From assembly GCA_963664195.1 (NCBI GenBank), contig OY760907.1, positions 992,001 to 1,056,000 of the forward strand: a stretch of DNA of 64,000 nucleotides, written 5' to 3'. Made by a program: the position numbers and the translations under genes. The stretch comes from an uncultured candidate division Zixibacteria bacterium (GTDB lineage: Bacteria > Zixibacteria > MSB-5A5 > GN15 > FEB-12). The notes beneath the pieces are model-generated. The model ran no database searches and had not been told where the DNA came from. It saw only the letters and a list, made by a program, of their open reading frames with translations. Positions within the stretch are counted from its first letter, which is position 1. Each line of letters starts with the position of its first letter. Of this stretch, positions 39,567 to 48,518 are shown piece by piece.

Positions 39567-39981
39567 GCAGTTTTCTGCTCCGCCTCTTCAGAGACGACCG
39601 AACAACCACGCTGAAAAAAGATGCCTCTCGCCGGGCGCTGAGCCGTGCCATTTGTCGTCGAAAAAGGAATGTCGACGTATAACATTCAAACTGATATCAG
39701 AGAAACGGAGGGATCGATTAGAATACTCCTGAGCACCTGATCACACTTCCTTTCATCGCGCCTCTTGCGCCTTCGCCTGCACCGGAACGTTTTTCTCTCG
39801 AGCATCAGCACGCCCTTCAATCCGCTGCCTGACAATCGGCAGTCTGCTTGAATTCATCTCCGTAACGCTTGATCCCCGCAACCTGGGAAGAATGAGATTG
39901 GTTTGCCGTGTGTACTGCCGGTCAACCAACACAACAAGTGCACGGCAAAGCGATCACCAAGAGAACTGCAAAGGAGGCGCT

Positions 39982-42726
39982 ATGACTCCCTCAACACGGC
40001 TGCACCTGTCCGAACGACATCGCGGCCTGCTGCTAATAACAGGTCTGCTGTTGTTGGCGCTGGCCGGCCCCGCAACCGCCGGACGGCACGTGATTTCCTC
40101 TCTACCATATACGTTCAACGCGGGCATGCATTCCGGTGACGCCGTCGATACCCTCGTCCTCGGCAGCAGCCGATTGAACGCCAGCGGCAGTGGCATCAGT
40201 CTGGCGGCAGACTATGGAGCTGTACTCCACGGCGTCCTGCTTGATCTCGGGGATGATACCATCTCGTACGGTGAAGGCGGCGGCGACGGTGCCTGCGGCG
40301 TTCGCACATCCGGCTCCAGTTCGTACATGCCGTACAATATCGAGATTCGCGGCGGGTATGTACTGCACGGTACCCCAAACTCGAATGCCGACGGCTGTCA
40401 GGCCCTGTACGTCCGAGGACACGACATCACGGTTCGAAATGTCACCGCTACCGTCCGGGGCAACAACGGCCAGGTGTATCTCAGCAATGGCGCGTCGGTG
40501 TACAACAACGAGATCGACGGCGGTCGGTTCACCAGCTACGTGACGGGATATGACAGCCGCTGCAACTACGACGCCTGTGTGGTCGAGGTCAGCAACCTTT
40601 ACACAACTACGCTGGAGAGCACCGGCGCTGACTATCATATATACATTCACGATCTAACAATCGCCGATGGTCCCCATGTCGGCATTGCCATTCTCGGCCG
40701 TGAGGGCGGCGACCACAAAGCAGTGGCACGTATTGAGAGTAATAACATCACTACCGATGCCCGCAACACGTTTTACCCCAGCAATGACGGTCTCTGCCAT
40801 TCATCCTCGAATCCGTACGGCATTACCTGCCGCAACAGCGGCGCCGGGACGAGGATAACAAACAACACCATAACTTCAGGTACCGATTGGGGAGGAAATC
40901 GCGGCATCCTGATCGAGTACGGAGCGGGTACCTCGACAAACCCGATTATCATTCGAAACAACTACGTGGATGTTCACGAGGGGCCAAATGTCGAGTACGG
41001 CGACGGTCTTCCTGCCCACGGACTGAGAATCAGATACTCACCGCGAGACATCCAGGTCGAAAACAATACGTTCATCGGCACCGGAGACGCTGATCCGGGA
41101 ACCGACCATTACGGCTCGCAGGTGCATACAATCCGGATCACCAATAACTCTTCGGCCGCCAACATCCACATTCGCAACAATGACATACGAGCAGTTTCGC
41201 TATCCTCGAGTAGCAGCATGTCCGTCAACGCGATTACGCTCGATGCCATCGACTACGACTCCACTGTCTGGCTGGAACACAATCGAATCAGGAGTTCCGG
41301 CACGGTTTACAAGATTGGTGATTACAACGGCGGCGCGCGCGGCAATGTCATTATAGGGGACACCATCTCGTTCGACGGAACACTCGTCAATCCACGAACC
41401 TTCCACGTCGGTCATCTCGGCAACAATTGGGATTGCTCCAACAACGTCTCGGAGGACATCGTGTACGAAGGCGGCACCGCCGACAGCGATATCGAAATGG
41501 CTCACGCCGGCACCCTGGAACTGAGCCTGCAGCGGATCCTCTCGGTAGTAGTGCGCGGCTCCAACAACCAGCCGGTGTCATCGGCCACGGTCACTGTCAC
41601 TAACAATTACGGCCGTACCGTCCTTACCGGCGTGACCGGCTCAAACGGCACCGTCACCGGCCCGGTGACGTATTTCTACGCCTCCAGAACCTCGGACTCG
41701 TCGAACTTCAACAACTTCACGGTCAGGGCCAGACGGGGCAGCGACAGCGCGATCACCTCACTCAACGTTAGCGCTTCCTCCCCCTCTCCGGTGCTAGTAC
41801 TCCCCGGCACCTCGGGAACTCCAGATACGATTCCCCCTGGAGTCATCGAAGACCTCGGAGCAGAACCGGGAGTTGAAGACGGGACAATCGATTTGAGCTG
41901 GACTGCCCCCGGCGATGATGGCAGCGTCGGCACGGTCGCGTCCTATACCATACGATACTCACCGGCACAAATCACTGAGGGCAACTGGTCCTCGACTGAG
42001 ATGTATGCTAATTCCCCGCCCCCACTGGGGGCGGGGAGCGACCAGACATTAACTATGTCCGGGCTTGAGCCGGGCATAGTCTTCTACGTGGCAATCCAGG
42101 CCACAGATTCCGCCGGAAACCCCTCGCCGATTTCGAACGTTATCTCAGCCGAAGCCAAAATCACAGTTGCTGCCGGTGACGACGATATCCCGGAGCTTGC
42201 CTCCCCTGCCGATGATTCCGTGCTTGGCTCCAGCCAACCGACATTGATTGTCGCCAACGTCAACAACGATCTCAACAACGTCTACTACTTCCAGGTCTCT
42301 TCAGATCCGATCTTTGTTCCTATCGAGGCGATTTCGCCGCCGATCCCTCAGGAGAGCGGATACACCACGGCCTGGCGCGTTGACGTCAGACTGGAGGCCG
42401 ACCTGCCACACTACTGGCGGGTCAGGGTCAACACAAATCCGTACAGCGAACCCCGGTCGTTTCTTGTCAGCCCGCGCACGTATGCCTATCCCAACCCCTT
42501 TGTGCTGTCCGCCGCGAGCCAGGTCAGTTTTGTAGAAGTTGCGCAGGGAGCCCGACTTATCCTGACCACGGTCGCAGGAGACATCGTTCGCCACTGGATC
42601 AATGACAGCGGCAACGAAATCATCTGGGACGGCACCAATGAATCAGGCAACCCGATCTCATCTGGGACATATCTCTGGTATGTCGAGGATACCGACATCA
42701 GGGGTAAACTGATCGTCGTCCGATAG
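39982..42726 (+). CDS. Large secreted protein: right-handed beta-helix + FN3 + C-terminal FlgD/T9SS-like domain
   Basis: RBS AAGGAGG and signal peptide (ATA-G). Repeated 'I.NN.I' parallel beta-helix motifs, FN3 'LSWTAPGDDG', and 'AYPNPF...WDGTN.SG..ISSGTY'. Confidence 0.8.
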   Translation: MTPSTRLHLSERHRGLLLITGLLLLALAGPATAGRHVISSLPYTFNAGMHSGDAVDTLVLGSSRLNASGSGISLAADYGAVLHGVLLDLGDDTISYGEGGGDGACGVRTSGSSSYMPYNIEIRGGYVLHGTPNSNADGCQALYVRGHDITVRNVTATVRGNNGQVYLSNGASVYNNEIDGGRFTSYVTGYDSRCNYDACVVEVSNLYTTTLESTGADYHIYIHDLTIADGPHVGIAILGREGGDHKAVARIESNNITTDARNTFYPSNDGLCHSSSNPYGITCRNSGAGTRITNNTITSGTDWGGNRGILIEYGAGTSTNPIIIRNNYVDVHEGPNVEYGDGLPAHGLRIRYSPRDIQVENNTFIGTGDADPGTDHYGSQVHTIRITNNSSAANIHIRNNDIRAVSLSSSSSMSVNAITLDAIDYDSTVWLEHNRIRSSGTVYKIGDYNGGARGNVIIGDTISFDGTLVNPRTFHVGHLGNNWDCSNNVSEDIVYEGGTADSDIEMAHAGTLELSLQRILSVVVRGSNNQPVSSATVTVTNNYGRTVLTGVTGSNGTVTGPVTYFYASRTSDSSNFNNFTVRARRGSDSAITSLNVSASSPSPVLVLPGTSGTPDTIPPGVIEDLGAEPGVEDGTIDLSWTAPGDDGSVGTVASYTIRYSPAQITEGNWSSTEMYANSPPPLGAGSDQTLTMSGLEPGIVFYVAIQATDSAGNPSPISNVISAEAKITVAAGDDDIPELASPADDSVLGSSQPTLIVANVNNDLNNVYYFQVSSDPIFVPIEAISPPIPQESGYTTAWRVDVRLEADLPHYWRVRVNTNPYSEPRSFLVSPRTYAYPNPFVLSAASQVSFVEVAQGARLILTTVAGDIVRHWINDSGNEIIWDGTNESGNPISSGTYLWYVEDTDIRGKLIVVR

Positions 42727-42864
42727 TACGCTCTCCAATTACCAACACCAATCGCAGGAAACGCGCCGTTGAACAGCTCTCCTGCGTTGGCATCGCGCCA
42801 ACATAATGATCTTGGACCGCTATAGTCTCAGTTTTTCCTTGCATTTCGAGGCAAAACGCCTAGG

Positions 42865-42891
42865 TTAAGCGCTACGGGGCTCAACCGATAC
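42865..42891 (+). promoter_or_regulatory. Putative sigma28/FliA-type promoter
   Basis: TTAA-N15-ACCGATAC versus consensus TAAA-N15-GCCGATAA. Confidence 0.4.
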
Positions 42892-43023
42892 TTCCTATTA
42901 TGCGGGCTGAGCAACCGGAAACACCGGTTTGTGGTACAGGTATGCCCGCCACGGACTCACGTTTATTTGTCGCTGGCGTCGAGTTTGCCCCCTGAAAGCG
43001 GCAGCGCGGCGACAGGGAGGATT

Positions 43024-45198
43024 ATGATTAGGAAACTGATAGCCTTACTACTCCTGCTTGGCACTTCCGTTTACGCGGATGCCTCAGCACCGGTAAGTAT
43101 CGGGTACACAACAGACGGTCACGCCACCCTCGGCGTGCCGAGATACCGTGGCGGTCGACAGGGTGATACTCTGGTAATCGTTACCGCACAACACGGCAGC
43201 AACCAAACCGGCTGGATGATCTCCTATGACCGTGGTGACACGTGGAACGACGTTCGTGTTCAGTGGCAGGCCATGGCGGACGGAGTGCCGACCTGGTATT
43301 CATCAGACCACAGCGCTGCCTGGTTCGACGGCGGTTTGCATATCGTCTATCGGGCGGCCGGCGGCGATGATCCGGCGGGATACAGATACGTCGAAGCCCC
43401 TTACGCGGGCGAGTCGGATATGGAAACACCGGATATTCCCGCTCCCGGCACCAACACCTACTACCCGGTAGTCGTGGCGACGGGCGCTGACGATGTCTGG
43501 TTCTTTGACATGAACGAAGGCTCCAGCCGTGACAACCTGCGCTACTGGCACACCACTGACAGATTTGCAACGTCGCCGACGGTTGGTCGTGTAACGAGCA
43601 TGCCCGATGATCCCCAGAACGAATGGCGTATGGGAGCAATCATTGACGGCAGCGGCAACCCGAAAGTCAGCATCTTCGATTTTGAAACCGGGTTCACTAT
43701 CCACACCTACAACCGCTCACAGAATAGCTGGAGTGCCAAAACAGTGCACAGCGCGTCGCTGGGTGGATCCGGTCGGTACTATTGCCATACCGAGATGAAC
43801 GGTTTAGACCATATCGCCTACACTGCCGGTGCCACCGGGCCGCTGGTGCATTTCTTCGAGACTTCTCCCGGTGCCTTTGACAGCACGATTGTTGATGACG
43901 TTAGTTACGGGCGTATCGCGCCGCAGTTCTGTGTATACGGCGAAGGCGCCTCAGCCAGATTGTATTGCGTGTACACGAACTCCGACGGCGTGTCGTACGC
44001 CAAGAGCTGGACCTCGGCAGACGGATGGGACGACACCGCGACTAGAATTTCCGGCAGCGGCCACAACTCGGAAGACCCGGCAATGGTACCGTATATCCCC
44101 TCAAGCTGGGATTTCATCCCGATCTGGTACCAGGATGTCGGCGGCACGAATAACATGTTTTTCGTCAAGTTGGACGCCGAGACCGGCAGCGCGGTGCAGG
44201 ACAGCATCCCCCCCGACGATGTCCAGGACCTCGGTTATGGAAGCCCGACACAAAACAGCGTCACACTGAGTTGGACCGCTCCCGGCGACGACGGCAGCAC
44301 CGGCACGGCGGCCGCGTATGATATCCGGTATCACAGCGCCGCTATCGACGAGTCAAACTGGAGTTCAGCCACGGAAGTGACCGGCGAGCCGGCCCCCGGA
44401 ACAGCCGGAAGCTCAGAGTCGTTTGAAATCACCGGCCTGGGTGACGCCCGCACCTACTATTTTGCGATCAAGACAGTCGACGAGTCCTCAAACTCGTCGA
44501 CTCTCTCAAACGTCATAACCGCCCAAACCCTGTCGGACACCACTCCGCCGGCGGCGATTGGTGATCTTTCGGCCATCCCGGGGGGCGATCATGGCAGCAT
44601 CAATCTCACCTGGACCGCTACCGGTGACGACGGGCTCAGCGGATCGGCCAAGGGCTATTCCGTGCGGTATTCGACTGAGCCCATTACACCCGCGAATTGG
44701 CGCCATGCACGGTCCTATGGCACCGTGCCTACTCCGCTTCCGGCAGGTTTCAGCCAGTCGTTGTTGATGGAAGACCTGGTCCCGGATCAGTTGTACTATG
44801 TCGCCGTAGTCGCCACCGACAATGCTGACAACGAATCAACTCTCTCAAACGTTACCTCGGCCGTGGCTTTCGTTGATCTCTCCCTTGAAGTGATGGACTA
44901 TTCGGGCAGGGGTCTTCCCGGAAGGTTCCGCCTCGCCCAAAACTATCCGAATCCGTTCAACCCGGCGACAATTATCGAGTACGACCTCAACCACCATTCA
45001 TACGTCTCAGTCGTTGTCTACAACGTCATCGGCCAGGAAATTGACCGACTCGTCGACTCCTTCCAGACCCCCGGCCACTACCGAACCGTCTGGCACGGAA
45101 CCAATGCCGACAACGCTCCGGTAGCCTCTGGCGTCTACTTCTACCATATCTCCACCAAAAAACTCTCCGCAGCCCGCAAGATGGTTCTGCTCCGCTAG
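43024..45198 (+). CDS. Secreted protein: BNR/Asp-box propeller-like N-domain + 2 FN3 + T9SS-type C-terminal domain
   Basis: RBS GGGAGG, signal peptide (VYA-D), Asp-box SYDRGDTW, two 'WTA.GDDG' FN3 units and 'QNYPNPFNP...ASGVYFY...KMVLLR'. Confidence 0.8.
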   Translation: MIRKLIALLLLLGTSVYADASAPVSIGYTTDGHATLGVPRYRGGRQGDTLVIVTAQHGSNQTGWMISYDRGDTWNDVRVQWQAMADGVPTWYSSDHSAAWFDGGLHIVYRAAGGDDPAGYRYVEAPYAGESDMETPDIPAPGTNTYYPVVVATGADDVWFFDMNEGSSRDNLRYWHTTDRFATSPTVGRVTSMPDDPQNEWRMGAIIDGSGNPKVSIFDFETGFTIHTYNRSQNSWSAKTVHSASLGGSGRYYCHTEMNGLDHIAYTAGATGPLVHFFETSPGAFDSTIVDDVSYGRIAPQFCVYGEGASARLYCVYTNSDGVSYAKSWTSADGWDDTATRISGSGHNSEDPAMVPYIPSSWDFIPIWYQDVGGTNNMFFVKLDAETGSAVQDSIPPDDVQDLGYGSPTQNSVTLSWTAPGDDGSTGTAAAYDIRYHSAAIDESNWSSATEVTGEPAPGTAGSSESFEITGLGDARTYYFAIKTVDESSNSSTLSNVITAQTLSDTTPPAAIGDLSAIPGGDHGSINLTWTATGDDGLSGSAKGYSVRYSTEPITPANWRHARSYGTVPTPLPAGFSQSLLMEDLVPDQLYYVAVVATDNADNESTLSNVTSAVAFVDLSLEVMDYSGRGLPGRFRLAQNYPNPFNPATIIEYDLNHHSYVSVVVYNVIGQEIDRLVDSFQTPGHYRTVWHGTNADNAPVASGVYFYHISTKKLSAARKMVLLR

Positions 45199-45263
45199 GC
45201 AACCCCAGCTTCTCTTTCAGTTTACGCGCTTCATACAGACTTATCACCGGTTCCGTACACAGG

Positions 45264-45290
45264 TCAAGAGAATGCATTCCGGTCCGATAA
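45264..45290 (+). promoter_or_regulatory. Putative sigma28/FliA-type promoter
   Basis: TCAA-N15-TCCGATAA upstream of the nadE-like/ACP/ligase module. Confidence 0.42.
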
Positions 45291-45490
45291 TAATGGCATA
45301 CCGTAAGGTGCATCTCCGACGCTCACGGATCAGGAACGGACGGAGGATTTTTGTGTTGTATTTATGTGCGGAACCCCTAAATTCCGGAGCGCTAAGCTGT
45401 GACGGTGCGGCATCATAGACAATCACGCGAAACGGTTCGCGCCCGGGCAAAACTGCATTCAACTTTTCGATAACATGAGGGGATGAAACC

Positions 45491-46459
45491 TTGGCTTTCG
45501 ACAAAAACAGTCTCGTAATCGACGCGGAAAAGGAAACGGAACGAATCTGCAAAGCTATGCGCCAACAGGCGGTCGGCCAATTCAAACGGCGCGGCGCGGT
45601 TCTCGGCATCTCCGGCGGTATTGACTCCTCGGTTTGTGCGGCCCTCTCGGCTAAAGCCTTCGGCCCCAAAAAAGTCCTCGGCGTTATGATGCCAGAAACA
45701 GATTCCTCGCCTGACAGCGAAAAGCTGGCCCGCGTGCTTGCCGACCGGTACGGATTCGAAACGAAAATGGATGCCATCGGCGAAGGTCTCGCCGGTCTTG
45801 GCTGTTATGAAAGACGTGACAGCGCCATAAAACGGGTCTTCCCAGATTTCAAACCAAGTTGGAAAACCAAAATCACCATCCCGACCAACATCCTCGAAAA
45901 GGACACGTTCAATTTCTTCCAGCTCGAAGTGATCGACGACAAGGGTGAGCAGCGCGGCAAAAGGCTTCCGATGGACGCCTATCTCCAGATCGTGGCAGCA
46001 TCGAACTTGAAACAGCGACTCCGGATGACCACCCTGTACTACCATGCCGAAGCCCGCAACTGGGCCGTGGTCGGTACCGGCAACAAAGATGAACACCTTC
46101 AGGGGTTCTTTGTGAAGTACGGCGATGGCGGAGCAGATTTCAAGCCGATTGCCCACCTGTTCAAAACACAGGTTTTCCAGATGGCCGAATACCTCGGCGT
46201 CCCCGACGAAATTCTCGATCGCACGCCGACAACAGATACGTACAGTTTTGAGCAGACCCAGGAGGAGTTCTTCTTCGGGTTGGATTTTTATCGCATGGAC
46301 ATGCTCTGGTTGGCCATGGAGAAAAACATCCCGCCAGCCGAAGTTGCCGCGGTGATAGATATTACGCCGGAACAGGCCGAACGCGGCTACCGGAATATCC
46401 AGAGAAAGATTACCGCGACGGAATACCTGCGTATGCCGCCGCTGGAAATCGACGACTAA
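45491..46459 (+). CDS. NH3-dependent NAD+ synthetase-like (NadE paralog, PP-loop ATPase)
   Basis: LGISGGIDSS, NLKQR.RM..LY, GTGNK.E, GFFVKYGDG..D..PI..L.KTQV and PTTD. No glutaminase domain. Confidence 0.85.
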   Translation: MAFDKNSLVIDAEKETERICKAMRQQAVGQFKRRGAVLGISGGIDSSVCAALSAKAFGPKKVLGVMMPETDSSPDSEKLARVLADRYGFETKMDAIGEGLAGLGCYERRDSAIKRVFPDFKPSWKTKITIPTNILEKDTFNFFQLEVIDDKGEQRGKRLPMDAYLQIVAASNLKQRLRMTTLYYHAEARNWAVVGTGNKDEHLQGFFVKYGDGGADFKPIAHLFKTQVFQMAEYLGVPDEILDRTPTTDTYSFEQTQEEFFFGLDFYRMDMLWLAMEKNIPPAEVAAVIDITPEQAERGYRNIQRKITATEYLRMPPLEIDD

Positions 46460-46532
46460 GACAGCAAATACTTGTGAGCGATAAATCGGGACAAACAACC
46501 GTCCCGCATTGTCACGCGTAGAAAGGACAGAC

Positions 46533-46796
46533 ATGCCAGTCGAAAGTGCGGAAGCGGTTCGCGGCGAATTGAGAGACTTCATTGCCGAGACGTTTTTCCT
46601 CGGAGACGAAGCGCTGGAATTCAGTGACGGTGATTCCTTCATGCAAAAGGGCATCATTGATTCCACCGGCGTCCTCGAATTGACGTCGTTTATCGAAGAG
46701 AAGTACGGCTTTGCCGTTGAGGATGAGGAAATGACTCCAGATAATCTGGATTCGATTGACAACCTCGTCGTTTTCATAGGCCGTAAGGTAAGCTGA
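46533..46796 (+). CDS. Acyl carrier protein
   Basis: 87 aa and acidic. GIIDSTG carries the phosphopantetheine Ser, and 'E..PDNLDSI' follows. RBS AAGGA. Confidence 0.92.
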   Translation: MPVESAEAVRGELRDFIAETFFLGDEALEFSDGDSFMQKGIIDSTGVLELTSFIEEKYGFAVEDEEMTPDNLDSIDNLVVFIGRKVS

Positions 46797-46804
46797 CCGA
46801 CCGT

Positions 46805-48361
46805 ATGAAACTAGCTGACCTGCTGGAACACAGTGCCGCGGCACATCCTGAGAGTGTGGCAGTGACTCACGGTGACCGGAGTATCACTTTTCATGATCTC
46901 TGGCAAGCCTCAATGCGTCTGGCCGGATATCTCCGGCAACTGGACGCACCGGGGGGGTCACGCATTGCGATTCTGTTTGAGAACTCGCTTGATTATGTCA
47001 TCAGTTATTTCGCGGTCACCAAAGCCGGGTTTGTAATAGTACCGCTCGACACCTCGGCCAAACCGGAAACGCTGCGTGGCATTGTCGACGACTGCGAACC
47101 ACACACATTGTTCTGCAGCGCACGGTTCCGCCGGTATCTGCCGACCGTTCTTGGCGAATCCTCACCCCTCAAGAGAATCATATCCGACAGGGACATGAAG
47201 GTCGATCTCGGTTCAATAGAGACGTTTGTCCTGTCGGAACTCATCGACACTCAATCGGCAACCGGTAATCTCGAGGCACCACGTACATTCGAGTTGTCAT
47301 CCGATGACTCCCCGTCCGATCTCGCGGCGATTTTCTATACCTCCGGCAGTACCGGCAATTCCAAGGGCGTGATGCTTTCGCACCGCAATCTGGTGTCCAA
47401 TACGCTGTCGACAGTAGAGTATCTCCGGCTCAAAGCAGAGGACAGCGTCATCGTGATTCTGCCGTTCTACTACATTTACGGCAATTCACTTATGCTGACC
47501 CACATTGCCTGCGGCGGACGGTCAGTCGTTGACAATCGTTTCCTGTACCCGGAAGTCGTCCTGGATACAATGGAGTCAGAGAAGGTCACCGGATTTTCCG
47601 GAGTGCCGTCCAATTTCATTATCCTGCTGAACAAATCGACCCTGACCGAACGCAAACTCGAACACCTTCGCTATTTCACGCAGGCCGGGGGAGCCATGGC
47701 GCCGGAAATCACGAAGCGGTTGATCAGCGCCTTCCCCGAAAAAGAAATCTGGATCATGTACGGTCAGACCGAGGCCGCCCCGAGGGCGTCTTACCTGCCG
47801 CCGGAACGACTTGAAGAGAAACTCGGGTCCATTGGTATTGCCGTGCCCGGAACAACGCTCAGACTCGAAGACGATAACGGTGATCCGGTTCCACAGGGAC
47901 AGACCGGCCAGATAATAATGTCAGGTCCCAATGTCATGCTTGGCTACTGGAACAATCCGGGTGACACGGCAGAGGTGATACGCGACGGTTGCCTGCTGAC
48001 GGGCGATCTGGCCAAACAAGACGAAGACGGCTATTTCTATATCGTCGGGCGGATGAAAGAAATCATCAAGACTGGCGGCAATCGAGTGGCGGCCAAGGAA
48101 GTGGAAGAGTGTCTGCTGAAAAACGAGGACATTCTTGAGGCCTCCGTGTTTGGTGTTCCCGACGAGTTGCTGGGTGAGGCAGTCAAGGCTGTGGTCGTGC
48201 TTCACGACGGTCATCGTTCCAGCGAAAAGGAAATTCAGGATCACTGCAAACAGCTTCTCGCCCCCCACAAGGCACCCAAGAGTGTAGTGTTTGCCGATTC
48301 GCTGCCAAAACTGCAGTCAGGAAAAATCGACAAGCAACTTCTGGCCAGCCAGCATGCGTAG
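46805..48361 (+). CDS. AMP-forming acyl-CoA/ACP ligase (ANL superfamily)
   Basis: YTSGSTGNSKG, YGQTE, TGD, GR.K..IK.GG.R and LPK..SGKIDK. Confidence 0.92.
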   Translation: MKLADLLEHSAAAHPESVAVTHGDRSITFHDLWQASMRLAGYLRQLDAPGGSRIAILFENSLDYVISYFAVTKAGFVIVPLDTSAKPETLRGIVDDCEPHTLFCSARFRRYLPTVLGESSPLKRIISDRDMKVDLGSIETFVLSELIDTQSATGNLEAPRTFELSSDDSPSDLAAIFYTSGSTGNSKGVMLSHRNLVSNTLSTVEYLRLKAEDSVIVILPFYYIYGNSLMLTHIACGGRSVVDNRFLYPEVVLDTMESEKVTGFSGVPSNFIILLNKSTLTERKLEHLRYFTQAGGAMAPEITKRLISAFPEKEIWIMYGQTEAAPRASYLPPERLEEKLGSIGIAVPGTTLRLEDDNGDPVPQGQTGQIIMSGPNVMLGYWNNPGDTAEVIRDGCLLTGDLAKQDEDGYFYIVGRMKEIIKTGGNRVAAKEVEECLLKNEDILEASVFGVPDELLGEAVKAVVVLHDGHRSSEKEIQDHCKQLLAPHKAPKSVVFADSLPKLQSGKIDKQLLASQHA

Positions 48362-48518
48362 AAAAACGGGGAGCGTTTCAAGTTTGCCACGGGCGATTGA
48401 AACGCCTTAATTGGACAAGAGGATTCTGTTGAACTCTGCGGCGCGAATTGACGTATAATCTGTCACGCACGGGGTCGGCAGCAACCAGACGAGTCTTTGT
48501 TCCAGAGGAAGAATACCG

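Noticed and set aside
45291..45490. Possible c-di-GMP riboswitch upstream of the nadE-like gene
   Set aside because: Only a GGCAAA word and a small CGCGAA/TTCGCG hairpin are present. The conserved P2/P3 arrangement is not evident.
45413..46777. 454-aa - strand ORF spanning the nadE-like and ACP genes
   Set aside because: Antisense shadow with no motifs or clear RBS.
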